The position numbers and the translations under genes are program-made. This document shows, piece after piece, positions 27,693 to 41,960 of a DNA stretch of 64,000 bases. Below the pieces are notes generated by a model. It searched no databases. It was not told the origin of the DNA and was given only the letters and a program-made list of their open reading frames with translations. Origin of the DNA: the human T2T-CHM13v2.0 reference genome, Homo sapiens. The stretch is taken from assembly GCF_009914755.1 (NCBI RefSeq), contig NC_060926.1; one strand, 5' to 3'. Each line of letters opens with the position of its first letter. Positions within the stretch are counted from its first letter, which is position 1.

Positions 27693-30600
27693 CCACATGA
27701 CCTCTGTCCTAGGAGCTCATGCTCTCATTTAAAGGGTTTGAAGGGAGGGCTTGAGGAAGGTCCCATATGGAGGAAAACTTTGCCTCAAGCAAAGCACTCT
27801 CCCCTTTTACCACCCACCCTGCTATTTATCCTCTCCAAGGCCCAAACATGACTTAAGAGTCTCAGAAAAGGGCTCTCGAGTATGGAAAGGGGAAAGAGAA
27901 GGAAATGGGAATAGAGTTTATTCTGAGTTTCTCTAAAGGTAACCAAGCTGGGCTGTCACATTTTGCTTTTCCCTATGTCATTTTTACCCCAACCATTGTT
28001 AAACTAAACCATCTGTAGATATTAAAATACCATTTTCAGGAAAGCATTTATCTGAAAGAAGAAAATATATAGTACTAAATTTAGTATTTTGAGGACAAAT
28101 TTAAATAAAACTATGTAAATAGTGAGTTTATTTATATTTCTGAATAATTTATTGCAAAGATAAATACATCAGTATTTTAAAAGTGTTTCCAGTTTGTTGT
28201 TTTTCACTAGTTTTTGTATCTTTGCCTTTGCCAAATCTAAAATTCTCAACCTTACATTACATTCTATATCATCCATAAACTTTGAGAAGTATTATTAAAT
28301 TTCAGTGGTTAAGAGAACTTTTTAATCTAAAAATATTTATCCTAAGACACCATTAGATTTTTTTCTCATATAGAGGGATTAGAGGAACAAAGGAAAGAAA
28401 TCCAATTATTTAAAACAGAAATCCCTTAACACTGGGATTTTGTTTTAATTATAAAGAGTGTGTCTTATTAAAAACAAAACAAAGCCTTGTCCTTTAAGGG
28501 AGAAACGCAATGTTCCTCTAGTGAACGAGCATGCAAGAGTTCCCATAGAATGATTAAACAAATTAACTTTGCTATTCTTCAATTTCCGATGATATAATTG
28601 ACTTATTAAAAAGAACATCAAGTAAACAATTACGGGTGCACCTGTTCAGGGTGTCATACCAAGCACCATACAAAGTTAATGGGAATATTTCTATTTTCTT
28701 CACCCCCACGATAGGCAAAACTTACTGTACTAAAACCAAACAAGTATAGGCAGTAGTAAGTATCAGAGGAAAATTGTTAAAGAGTCTTTTAAACTTTAAA
28801 TGTTACTCCAGACATACCCAGTACCTGAAGGCGCTTTTCCATGAATCTCCTCCCTCATCCTGTGGCTCCTCCAGGGCCTTGGATAGGGTAGTGGGGACAG
28901 ACAGATGGGAAGCTACAACTCAAAGTAAATGGCCTGCTCCTCAGGAGGCAGAAAGGTCACTAGGGACTTTCCTTACTTGGTCCTACTCCAGTCCTACTCA
29001 TAGGGAAACTAAACCACAATTTAGGGAAATTATACTAACCAGCTGACTTAAATGGTTGAGTGCTGGGCCCAGAGAGCTGAGGGAAATCTCTCTTTCTCAG
29101 GGGACACAGAGGCGCCTGACTCTCCTATTTCAGGCCTAAATGAAAGCTACTTAGACACTCAGCATAGCCACGCTTGGGTTTTGTCACTGAAACTAAAGCT
29201 TCCAGTCACCCTGCCACCTCTGGCAGAATGGAGTTTGGAGTAGAAGGCACACAGATATCACAGAGGCCCAAACTGAGCCATGAAAGGTGCCACACCTAAT
29301 GCAACTGGCAAGGGCCTCAGCTCAGTTTCAGCCAAGTGGGGACAGAAGGTTGTCCTAATGACATAAGTCACCCAAGGGACAAAAAGGGGACTAAGAGCAG
29401 CAAGGATGACTGAATGAGCACGGAGATGGAAATGATGACATGCTTCGAGGCTGAGGGAGGACAACAGCTGATACACAGAAAGCAGATGAGTAGAAAATAA
29501 AAGTAAATTGTTCTAGTTATTATCTTAAACAGAGGGATAGGCTGTAACACAGGACACACTTTCTTGGGTTTAGGTTTGGTATCAAGTGTGAACATAATAC
29601 AAAATTGTATTGATAGCATCCTCTAATAAAATAAATTTGGAAAGGTAGTTTTGTTTGTTCTTTGTTTTGTTGATGTTCCAGGTTTAAGTCCAATAAATAA
29701 AAGTTCATATTGTTTTTGAATAAATAGCTGTCTTTAAAAATGCAAGAGAAACAAAAAGAAAAGCAGAAGAGAAAGCGTCGGGCAATGGAAATCTCAATTG
29801 TTGCTTTTCAGTCAAGATCATGAAAAGCAAGTAAAAGAAGGGATCCTAACTACAATAGAATGAGTGTCTTCTTTTACTTAGAAATTTCTCTAGTCTCCAT
29901 AAAGTAAAGATTTCACAGTTTTGTAGAAATTCCACTTCCTTTTTCTTTGCCTGTCTTCACACACGCATCAAAGAAACTAAGTAAGATTAGCAATTAGCAC
30001 AGGATATAAACTGACCAAGGATACACCACAACTACTACATACTTATCAAATTCAGAGAGTACTTTCAGGACCAATAGACAGAAATTTTCAACTTAAGATT
30101 TTGGAACCTAAAGGATCCATTAAAAGGGCACTTTTCAATTTTAAAGTGTCAATCAATGACAAAAATTTAAAGGCACAATCATCATGAAAAAGGTATTTTT
30201 AAAATAACATCCATAGACAGCTTCGGTTTCTCTCTGAATTATGCCATAAAACTGACTCAATTTTGTTAATATCAATAGCATAAAAACGAGAAAGGAATAC
30301 AACTCAAATATTGTAGATTCACGTTAAAAAGTGACTGACAGGTCAAATTCTAAAAAAGAAACAGTAGATACCACCACAAAACTAGCAGATGTTTCTTGGG
30401 GTCATTTGTACAAAAACATAAGCATATGTTAAAGAAATCTGACACTATCATGGAATCAGTTGGTGTCTAAAATAATAGCAGCTCCTTATGGCAATATGAT
30501 AATATCCGTATCAAATGCACAACACATTATGTTGCAACAGTATGTGCAGACAAAAGAGCATCAGTAGCAGCAGTAATGACCAGTGGTCTCATTAAGGTGA

Positions 30601-33164
30601 AAAAAATTTTTTCCAGTGCATAGTACTGGTTAACAGTAAATTGAACATGATAGACAGTACGTAGAATTTTCAGAGTTTAAATTTACCTGATTTTATTGAA
30701 ACTCTTATAAAGGGACTTACCAAATAAGACTGAAGTTTTTACAGGGACCTCTAACATGGGTTTTCTGATTTATCCAGTCTACTCAAGAATAATGAAAAAG
30801 ATCATTGTTATTCTCAAAGTTAATGAACATACTTGGTTAGTTTAAGATATAAACAAGAACTCTTCACTTCAAAATCAGTTATTTCAACCTGATGTCCTAT
30901 ACCCGCTAGTTAAGCAATAAGTAACTGCTGCAACATTATTTTAATGTAAAGCAACACATAACTTAGTAGTGTATTATCACCTTCAATAGCAGAAGGCTGA
31001 GATCTTCTAGAATATTCCTTTGGAACTAGCCATATCACACAAAAAAGGACAATGTACACAATGAATGCTAATTAAACATTACTGACTGAAAATCTTTGAA
31101 AAGTAAAGGCCAAAAGGCATTCCATAGTTTTCCTAATTGTTGGGACTCATATTATTCTCTAAGAAGGTCAAATTTGAAAAGGCACTTAGAATTTCAATGC
31201 ACATATTTTCCATGCAGAAGAACTGGATGTAAGATGAGTCTGGCATGTACCTACAAAGGTCTTCAAGTGCCAAGAACATTTCATAAAAATAAAGCTCACC
31301 CATGAGATATTTCCAGAGTAGGTTTGATCCCAATGAAAAACATTAAAATAACCTGTAAAATGACAGGTGTGTTATTAGTTCAGAAGCTAGGGTACCAAGA
31401 CATATTGTTTTTTCCTCAAATATGAAAAATGCTAAATTTAAAAAATAAAAATAACTTTTAGAGAAATTTATTTCTACTTTTTAAAAAACATAAATCACAT
31501 GACAAAAATGTATCCATGTTATTTATTTTACTGTGTCTAAATATCTAGATAAATGGGTGAGGAATGGAAATTTTAAAATGTATTATGTTCACCAAGATTT
31601 CAACTGTAATAAGTTTTTATCTGTATGATGAAAACCACAACAAAACATACTGTCATCCCTTTACACCTTCAAAACATGAAAACATACTTAAAATATAAGG
31701 AAACCAATACATGCTAACAGCTGCTCAATTGTATTGATCTTATTTTTCCTGCACAGATGGACACTAAACAGTGCTTTGAATTATGTTTGTAACATTTAGT
31801 AAACTTAAAAGCTTAATTTGGGGTAAATATTAATTACTTGTATTAGACAAAATAATACCAACATGGATATTTTAAGAAGTAAATGAAGAACTTTTAAGCT
31901 TAAAATGGTATGAACAGCTATTTTCCACAGATAAAAACTGACATCTTTACAAATGACTATTTCACTGACTTTTTACACTCCAATAATGCAGAAATATTAT
32001 GAATGTATAAAGATTACATTATTTACTAACATCTAATGAATAATGTTTTCTGAAAATAGAGCGCTTTAAACTATGATTATTTTTAAGTAGCCTCTACTCT
32101 AATAAGAAACAGGATACACAAGGAAAGAGCCTAGGGCTCATAGGAAATACAGATCTTAGGCTTAAAAGGGTTCAACTTACAGTCCTTCAGGAGCAATTTC
32201 TCCAGTTTGTGTACTTTTCAAGCTACTTCCCTTCTGTTTACATATTTTGCTAGTCACTAGCACATTTGATGCTAAGATTTGGTAGAATATATTTCAAATA
32301 AGATGCTTCTCATTCTGCTGATTTAAAAACGAATTTGCGCAGCGTCTACTATCTATCCCACTGCCCAAGCTAGAAATCTCACCATCGCCATTATTTATTT
32401 CCCTTTTAAGCCTCACATCCCCCAAATTTTGTCTTTGACAATATCCCTTGCATCCAGGCTTACCTTGCCATTCTCCCAGCTTTGCAGCCACTGCCCCCTG
32501 ATCTGCTGGATCAGCCATCACACTGGGCTCCTCAGTGTGGAGCCCATTTATAATCTATCCTGCTACCTAATTTACCAAAAAAAAAAACAGAAATACTTGA
32601 TCTCACCTAATGCCCAGCCTTTGTCACACCTTCCTCAATTTTCAGGTTGAGACGCCAACTTCCTTGCATGCTATTCAAAGTCCTGTATAAACTACTGACT
32701 AAAAACAAAGCACTGTCATCTCCCCCATAAATAAGACAATGTTATTTTCCAAATAGGCCAAAGCATCCTTTTCTGGAGATTTTTCAAAATTTTCTTTTTC
32801 TAGAATGGTTTCCTTGCTCCTTTGTCTGTCTTGCTAACTCCAAATCATACTTCAAGGCCCACATTAAAGTTTACCCTCGAACCTCTCTGTAGCTTTTCCT
32901 GACTTCCCCCTCAGCCCGCCCAACAGAGAATGATTTTCTCCTTTACCTATTTTTCCATGTGCATTTATAATGCTCTGTAAGTACTAAGTTGCACACAAAA
33001 TAGATCATGTAGTTATTCTTTTGTCAATATATCTTCCTGAAGATTGTGAATATCTGAAGACAGAAATCATGTCAAATTGATTACAGAATCCTGGAACCTT
33101 CTAGAGACCCCATAATTGGTGCTCCCTAAATGTTAGGAGGACTACAGTAAAAACATGAATGATT

Positions 33165-35545
33165 TAACAAGAAAAATGCAAATTTAAACTATGCTGAGAT
33201 ATCATTTATTATGTATCAGGCTGTTTTTTTAAAGTTTGGCAATAAACTCTTCTGGAGAAATTTTCAGGAAATACATGCCCTTATACAATAATGATTTTAA
33301 AAAGCAAAATTGCACAACCCTTTTGAAAGAATTTGGTAATATTGAGCAAAATTATTAACACATTTATTCTTTGACTCAACAATCTCACTTCTAGGCATCT
33401 ATCCTAAAAGCACATTGAAAAACAAAAAACGGAAAGTAAAGTTTTTTATTAAACCACTATTTGCGATAACAAAAATGACTAGAAACAATCCAAATTTCTC
33501 CAACAGAGAGGTCAATAAACGATAGTACATAATGGATTTTGATGCTGATGTAAAGCGCTACAGAGTGAACTTCTGGGCATATTGCTAAGTAAGAAAGAAA
33601 TCAAGGTAGAAAAACACATATATTGTACATGTGTTTAAGACGGTGGGTACTGTGGGGGTAATGAAAAGAATATATGCACATGTTTATTTATATAAAATAA
33701 AAGAACAACCCAGAGCTTTGAGGAACAAATAAGCTTTCCTACCTACAGGAAGGAAGGAAAAGCATAGAAGGGAAACATAAAAGCTATACTTCCTAGAATA
33801 TAGTTTGTTTAGTAGATTTGATTTTGGAACCATATAAGTATTTCACGTAATTATAAAATTGATTTTTAAAAAAGAAATGCCTAAACATCAAAAGCAAAAT
33901 GAAACAATAATACAAAAAACAAATAAGTTGGGGGTATAACTTCACAGATATGAATTATTCCAAGTGTCTTTAAAACATAGTAATTTGACTACACCTCCCT
34001 AGTAGTGTACACTCTATGAACAAAAAAAAAAATTGCAGGACTATCTTAAGTGGGTTTCAGTAATTATACTTTTGATTGGCAGCATTGGTGTTGTTACTCT
34101 ATTGTGTCTACATAATGCAGGATAAAGCAAATGAGTAATGATGTTGTTATAGTTAGGAATCAGGACTTTAAGGGTAGGAGAAAAGAGACAATGTGAAAAG
34201 CTTAGGCCTGCACTTGAATTGGAAGTATCAGCATAATCCTATGATACATTTTTTCTTTAAAAACAAAACAAAAAAACCCAACATATTTTCTAGCTCTGTT
34301 CTTTGAAAAACCTAAGTAACAAGGTACACATAGGGGAAGTTTTAGCAATGATGTTGCTTAGTTCTCAAATTGAGGTCTCTAATACCACTATCCAGTAAAA
34401 GGAACCAGGACCCTCTGATGATGAGCTTGATTCCATATCTCAAGCATGAAATGTTCAAGATGAACCTGGAATATCTTGCCATTCCAGAAAGCAGGGAAGC
34501 TATCAGACAGCTGAGTGAATGTCAAAAGAACTCAGAAGTCAAGATGAAGGGGCTCCCATTGGTCTAAAAATCCAAAATGTGACAATTTGAAGATCAGTAA
34601 AAATAATCATTGCTGTGAATTGAAAAACATTTAATAGGTTTAAATCCTTGAGTTTATAGTGATCATAACAATAAAAAAACCTCATTGGTCATGGTGGATG
34701 CTAGGATCCATCTTTGAGGATGAACTTGCCATGCCATCCCAATGAGTGTAGTCATTATAATGGCCACCAGGGATTCGTACCCTCAAGCTCCACCTCAACT
34801 TCAGAGGAGTTGAGGTCCTACATTTCCAAGGCAGCCCACAGCCTGTGACAGCACAGCTGAAGTTTGGCCACTTTTGCCCAAGGCAGGACTCCTAATGGGC
34901 AATCTTTTTCCCAAGTCCTCACCCTAGGTAAGCAAAAATCTTGTGACATCTGATCATGGTCTGAGGCTCTCCCTTCCCCAACCTGCCTCATCCCCTTTAC
35001 GGGTATCAGAGTGATGGCCATCCCAGTCTGAAGGTTATTCTTGCCCATGAGAAACTATAGGCCAAACTAGTTTGTTCAAAACATAAATTGAAAGGAAAAA
35101 AAAGGAAGAAGAATCTGTGGATGAGAAAATTTAAAAGGCATAGCCATCAGCTATAATATGGACCTCATTTCAAGGTTGACATATTTAAAAAATAGAGAAA
35201 ATATCAGGAAAATCTGGACACTAACTGGATATGTAAAACTATAAAGATTATTTTAAATTTGAAGAGTAGTAATATGATTTTTTAGAAAATCTTTATCTCC
35301 TAGAGATACATGCTGAGATGCTTACAGATGAAATTATATGATGCCTAGGAATTACTTCAATCATTCCAGGGGAAGAAGGGATGTGGGTAGAGTATAGATG
35401 AAATAAGACTGGCCATAAATTGAAAACTGTTTAAACTCAGTAATGGGTCACATAGAGCTTCACCCCTCTTAGGGTTGAACATGAGGACTTATTACATAAT
35501 TATTCCTACATTTGGGTATGTTTGGTGGTTTCCATAAAAAAAATT
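33165..35545 (+). mobile_element. Decayed L1MC/ME 3' remnant, with a probable ERVL LTR fragment at ~34780-35050
   Basis: tttgactcaacaatctcacttctagg, ccagtaaaaggaaccagg, tagagatacatgctga...cagatgaaat, gatgaaataaga.tggccat. Confidence 0.6.
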
Positions 35546-35794
35546 AGATTTAAAAAAACTTGTTAAAAACTCCAATTTATCACTCCCATTTTCTTCATTT
35601 GTTCAGAAACTGGAAGTGGCCAGAGAAATGGAATAAGCTGTTGATGATGGAACTGTCTTAAAAGCCTGAAAGAAGTCAGATAATGTTGTTTCAAAGGTTT
35701 TTATTATTTTGGTTCAGACCATGATGCTTTACTACCACCAACTCAGATGTCAGATAGACTCTTGCTTGCTTAACTGGGGAAGCAACATAACCAA

Positions 35795-36005
35795 ATGGGG
35801 ACAGTGCAGGCTCTGGAGTCAGACTGCCTAGCTTTGAACCCCAGCAACTGAAATTACTGGTATGACCTTGGGCAAGTTATTTAACACCTCTGGGCCCTAG
35901 GGATAAAAATTCTATCTAGACTACATAGTTTCTTTGCTAAGGTTAAACAAGATAAGATACTTAGCACAGAACCTGGCAGAGTAAACAAATCTAAGTGTTC
36001 ACTAT
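35795..36005 (+). mobile_element. MIR
   Basis: ggctctggagtcagactgcct...tgaccttgggcaagttatttaacacctct. Confidence 0.85.
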
Positions 36006-37377
36006 TTTCAGTCAAGCACTGGGCACTGCTGTGTAGCAGCAGTGGTAGTTTCCAGAACACTGTTTCTAATGAAAATCTAGGAATGTACATGGGAATTCCC
36101 TGATGCCAGCTGGTACATTATTTTAGACTTACCCTTAGGCTTAACATAAGTTCATAACACCATGCCAATGACAAAAACAAAAACGCTCACCAATGGTAAC
36201 TATTTTTGGTGCCTATACCTTCCTGATTGCCTGTCTACCTCTGAATTCAGTCACCCATTACACTAAGTTTCCTCATATTCTGGTTTGCATGCCAAAAGTT
36301 TGCAAATGGTTTAATGTCCTTCAACTTCATGCCTCTCTCTCCTTTGTGTTTCTCCTCCTAGCTTATACCAATTTTGGCCAACACAAGAGCATTTAGAGTC
36401 ATGGCTGAGAGTTCCTTCCTGTTGCTCACCACACCCACGTACACATGTAGACACACACAATCAAAACTCACCTGCTCAGCATATACTACCCCCGTCATTG
36501 GCATAGTGCTTCTAAAACTTGGGTAGGAATACGGTCAGAAGTCTGTGTTTAGGATTTTAATGATGCTTGTAGACTTGTCAATGTCTGAAATGTAATCTAA
36601 TAACCCAATCAAGTGGCAGGCTAGGTGGGATAACAAGTGATATGGTTATGATCAGTATTCTAGTGCTGAGATTACACAACTGCAATGAATTTATCTACTA
36701 CATCCCTGACCATTTCAACAAGGACGGTCCATTTTCTCAAATTACAGAGGGTACAAAAACATCCAGTCTAGGCAATAGCATCTTCCTGCATACCCAATTG
36801 CTCTGTTCTCTATATCCATTGCCCTGGTTCTCTATTCCTTTAGCTTTGCCATGTTTGGATTTCTGCAATTCACTTCAGAACTTCCTACTTTGGACAACCC
36901 CATCTGGATTGCCCTCTCTGGTTTAATGACCTTGGTCCAGTCTATCTGATTCTCAATTTGTGTGTCCCTTGGCTTCAATGAACCCACTCCTAGGGGAATA
37001 GTTCTGTGCCAGTTCCAGCCCCAGAGGGCCCCATCCGGGATGCAGGAAAGAGAGAGAGGAAGGGTCCACAAAAGTAGATCAGTTTTAAAAAGTGTTTGCC
37101 TTCAGATGCTGCCATGTGGACATAGCATATTTAGGAATAACATTAGTCTCCAGACGTTCACAGGGTCAGAGTACACAGACTAAGAGAGTTACCATTTCAA
37201 ATCTATGTACTATTCTTGTAGTAAGAAACAGATTGAATTTGCCAAATTTCAGTTCAAACAATGTATCACAATGACCATGAAAAATACAATGATTTCTATA
37301 GACAAGACTTCAACTTTACTAGTAACCAACTAATCTACACATAATAAAAATATTTTTTGTACACACAAAATATGTTA

Positions 37378-37408
37378 ATATATGTGTGTATATATGTATA
37401 TATGTGTA

Positions 37409-37460
<52 letters not shown>
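37378..37460. repeat. (TA)n/(TG) microsatellite
   Basis: About 20 perfect TA units plus a TATG-type flank. Confidence 0.97.
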
Positions 37461-37461
<1 letters not shown>

Positions 37462-37587
37462 TTTTTTCCCTGAGATGGGGTCTTGCTATGTTGCCCAGGC
37501 TGGCCTCGAACTCCTGGGCTCAAGCAATCCTCCCATCTCAGCCTCCCAAAGTACTAGGATTACAGGTATGAGCTACCGTGGCCAGCC
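37461..37587 (-). mobile_element. FLAM / Alu left monomer
   Basis: gagatggggtcttgctatgttgcccaggctgg...ctcctgggctcaagcaatcctccc. Confidence 0.88.
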
Positions 37588-37794
37588 CACGAAATATGTT
37601 AAAGGACTCTGCCACTTTGAAATCTCTAAACTCAGTTGCTTTATCTTTAAATAGGCAGCTCAAATTGCATAACCATATCAGTTCTACATTCAGGTTCATT
37701 TTTCAAAAGCTATATCTTCCTTTCTATGTAGAAACAAAGACTAAAATGAAAACTTGGGAAGAAAGTAAACAAACATTTTCAACTCTCCATGTGT

Positions 37795-38005
37795 CAGAGC
37801 TGTGTTGTACAATGCAGTTGCCACTTGCTACATGCAGTTATTGAATTCAAATTAATAAAAATTAAATATAATTAAAAATTCAGTTTCTCAGTCACACTAG
37901 CCATGTTTCTGTTCAATAGCCACATGTAGCTGGTGGTAACTGTATTGAACACTTCAGATATAGTGCACTCCCATCATTTCAGGAAGTCTAACTGGACAGC
38001 CCTGC
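37795..38005. mobile_element. MER3/MER33-like hAT-Charlie MITE
   Basis: aaaattcagtttctcagtcacactagcca...caatagccacatgtagct...ctggacagccctg. Confidence 0.78.
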
Positions 38006-41000
38006 TTTAGAAAATTCACTCTACATTTGTTTTCTGTGAGACCCAACCTACCCTAACAAAAAGCTAAAACTTTTGAGGCTATTTTTATGATAAATTAGTA
38101 GACCTGTCAAAACATTTTAAAACTTTATAAGCAGATAGTATTTGCAGTTACTATGGAAATTTGAGTCTTTGCATACATCTTAAAAATTTCCTCAAATTTG
38201 ACAGCTTAGAAACAGAACTAAATTTTTTTCTAAAGAGGCTTTTTTCTTAACGTGTAGACTGATGAATCAAAGCATCATGTTTTACTGAGTAATTAGTCCT
38301 TCAATAATTCACATGAGTAATAGGTCATATTGGGGTTTAACCCCTGCTTCCATTATTTCTGACCACACAGTCTACCAACAGATGTCTCACTTGGGGTGTA
38401 CACAACAGAACACCCGGTATCCATTTCACGTACATCTGTTCCCAAACAGCTTAGACAGATTAATACTTAGAATATACTTTGCTCTACTAAGTCTCACGTA
38501 ATCACCAACTCTTGTTTTGAAATTGTTTTTTCTCATTTTCATATTTTTGCACATTATCTTTTAAACTGCTAAGTGTCAAGTAAATACTTACATAAACTTA
38601 AAGCTCAAGAAAATCATTTTGACTCTCTTGTAACAATAAGAAACACTTTCCAGACCTTATTTTGAAGCTCAGCCTTCTCAGATTTTCTAGTCACTGCTCT
38701 AATTCAGCTGAGCTCTGAGTTGTGGCAGGAATACTCTTTTGAAAAAAACATAACATGAAATTTGTAACTTGAGATAGTAAGTATATGAAAAATAGAGTTA
38801 TAAGCCATAATTATGATTCAAAGGCCTAGTTTTATTTTTTTTAAAATCTTTGAAACATACTATTTGAATGCTAATCAAGCATTGTATAAAATCTTTACTC
38901 AGAAATTTGATAGAGGATACAGAGAAACGAATGAAGAATGGATGAGCTAGTCCTTTTGTCCATCATGAAATAGCTGCTTAAAGCTAGCCTCAACCAATTC
39001 TTTTCCTCCAGAAAATGGTTTCTTCCTTTCCAATGACAATACCTACACCAAAGCGATTGCCCACCTCTAGTCACTGTGCCCTAAAGCTGAGTAAGGCGAG
39101 CAAAGGGCTTTGACTTATATTTCCCAGGTGGTTCCTCTAATTAGAAATTCATGAGGGCTCTGAAGTTCCTGATGTAAAATACAACACCCCTCCACACACA
39201 CCAGACAGTGGGCCCCATTGACCATCAAACCTTACTGAGATTTATTTAATTTGACAAAATTCCCTAATGCCTAAAGGCCATAGAAATAGGTATTTTCTTT
39301 AAAATGAAAGTTCATAGGTGGTCAGAACTGATAGTACTTAGAGACAATATAATATAAGCCCTTCATTTTGCCAGTGAATAAACAGTAACTCAGACATGTT
39401 AAACAACCTGTCCAAAGTCTGTTATGCACCTTGCTATCTGTTGAGACAAGATCTTAGGGCCTTCAGCGGCCACTGCTGAAATCTTTCCTACACCACAGAT
39501 GGGAGCAGATTATAGAGAGCTGGAGGAGGGAAGCTATAAAAGATCCTGTAGTGCTTTTCATACTTCAAGGTGTTATCCATTAGGAAATTGTGAAGTTAAT
39601 TTCACAAATCATAATGAGCATTTGTTTGCAATGGAAACAGAGCATATCAGAGTGACTCTTAAATGGCAATGGTAAGAATTGTTTTGTGAAACTTTTGTTT
39701 TAGACAAATCACATATCAGCACAGAAATCTGTATAGTATCTGTCAATCCCTAAAGGGCCGTCATTTCAGAGGACTGAGGAAAAGTGGAGGAGACACATGT
39801 TTCCAACATGAGATAGCACTGTGAGCATTTGGCATCTCTGTCACAGAGATCCCTAAATTGATCACTCTTAAACATACTAATATATGAGCTTAACATTGCC
39901 TAATCTTACCCATTACTTACTCTCCCCATCAGCTTTTCCTTTACGGGAAATAATGACATTATATTTATTCACACAGGACAGTAAACAAATCTTTCTTTGG
40001 GGAGGCACAAAAAAATGCCTGACTCTTCTGCTTTAATCGAACATTTCAAATAAAAGCTTACCCCTTGTTAAACAGATGTCCCAAAAGTTTTTCCTTGGTT
40101 GAGATGTAAAACAATGCCAACAGGTGATCAGCGATGCTTTTGAAAATACTGAACTCTGAAAATATCTGATCCAGTATCAGCACAAGCTAAGGGCTAAATC
40201 ATGAAATACGCAAATAAGTCTGTGGCATCTGTCCATGTCCCCTTTCTGAGGTGTATTCTTAATTTTTGACTTCTCACACCCAGTCCCTGGCACCATACTG
40301 GGGGTTGGCCCCACTGGGCACAGCACTTGACCTGCTCTGCCTTGGCAGGGTCCCATGACCCAGAGTGGTCTGACCTTTCACACTTGACTTCAAAAACAGT
40401 CACCTGATCCCTTCATCATTTCTTCAGGATTTTTCTCATAGGTCACAGCTAGCTTGATAATTACCTTATTTTAACATAAATAAACCCATGTATGATTCTA
40501 TAATTAAAATGACCATAATTTAAGATTGTAATAGAAAGATCATCAGGCACCACTGCAGTCAATGAAAAAGATATTTTCTGAATTGATGATGCTCTTTCGT
40601 AAACACAGTTTATATTATAATGGCAGCATCCTAATCTATTTAAGCCCTGCTCAGTATTTTCTACTCTGCAGCTGAGCAACATGGAACCTTCCTGCCATGA
40701 ACCTCACATCAGAGAAGTGGATGAACCTTAACTCTTACGATAGAAATCCTGGAATAACGCAAAGTTGAAAAGAACCTCAAGGAGCTTAACATATAATGGG
40801 GGAAAAAAACAATCAAAGTTGCATTCAATGTCTCAGTATAGGAGATCCAATTATGCCTAAAGAGAAAACAACTGTAATGAATCTTCATTAATTTTAATGA
40901 ATGTAAACATGAATCATTCAAATAAAAAAAAGCACAAAGGAAGCTAATTCCCAGCAGCTGGAACAGCAAGAAAGCTTGTGTAGAGAACTAGTTTTGTAAT

Positions 41001-41499
41001 TCTTTCAATTACAGGATGGTAAAATATGAGGAAACTACTGAGAAATGAGGATGCAGAGATAGGCAGGAGCCAAGCATGGAAATCTTATGCCATGTTGAAG
41101 AGTGTGTCTCTCATCCTGTTTTCTACTTCAGTGGGCTTTAAACAAGACAGTCACATTCCTGCTAGGCAAAGAGGGAACCCAAACAGACAGACTCAGGATC
41201 ATTTACCCACCACTCCAATCAAGGCACCCATACTTTTATGTGTTATATACTGGCGATTCATTTAAGAATTTTTTTTAAAAAAGAGTTTTGATGTTTAAAA
41301 AGGGGGAGAGGGGAATACTGCCTTTGTAGTTAATGAGGAGTTGGTATCAAGTATATAGGAATGTAGTCACCAAGTTATAATAGAATAGGCAAAACTAAAG
41401 TTCATGAGGCCAGTAAACCAGTAACAAATTCATTCATTCAATAAATATTATCTATATGCCAGGCACTCTTCAAGGTGCTGACAGTAAAGAAAAAACATA

Positions 41500-41960
41500 T
41501 TCTGAATATCTTCCCTCTCCTCCATCTAGATTTAGTTTCTATCCTCCACCTGCCCTGTTCACTGGGAGGCCATACTGCATGGACTGCATCAAGTGCTCCC
41601 CTTGCCCTCTGGCTTAAAGTTGGCTTTGGACTGTGAAATGGGCCAGAAAAGAAGGAACTTGGGTAATTTAGGATTAGTGAGGATTAGTGAGGTAATCAGC
41701 CAAGCTGAGGCAAAGGCCACAGCTCCTGCCTAGTGGCCTCCTCTACATAGTCTCTCTGAATCCAGGTTCAGGCACCTGCTCTTTCACTATGCCCTTTTGG
41801 GCTTAAAAATGGTATCACCTGCCCAATGATTACTAGTCCCAAGAGTACTTCACTATCTCTATATCTACAGCTTTATAAATACTGACTTTTAAAAATTCTT
41901 CTCAAGTTACTCTAATATAAATGTGCCATTTTTTTTCCTATTAGGACAGTCACTAATATA
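41500..41960. mobile_element. LTR33-like ERVL LTR within L2 remnants (L2 ~41430-43300)
   Basis: actgcatggactgcatca...ccttgccctctggctt...aaggccacagctcctg...tgtgccatt. Confidence 0.6.
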
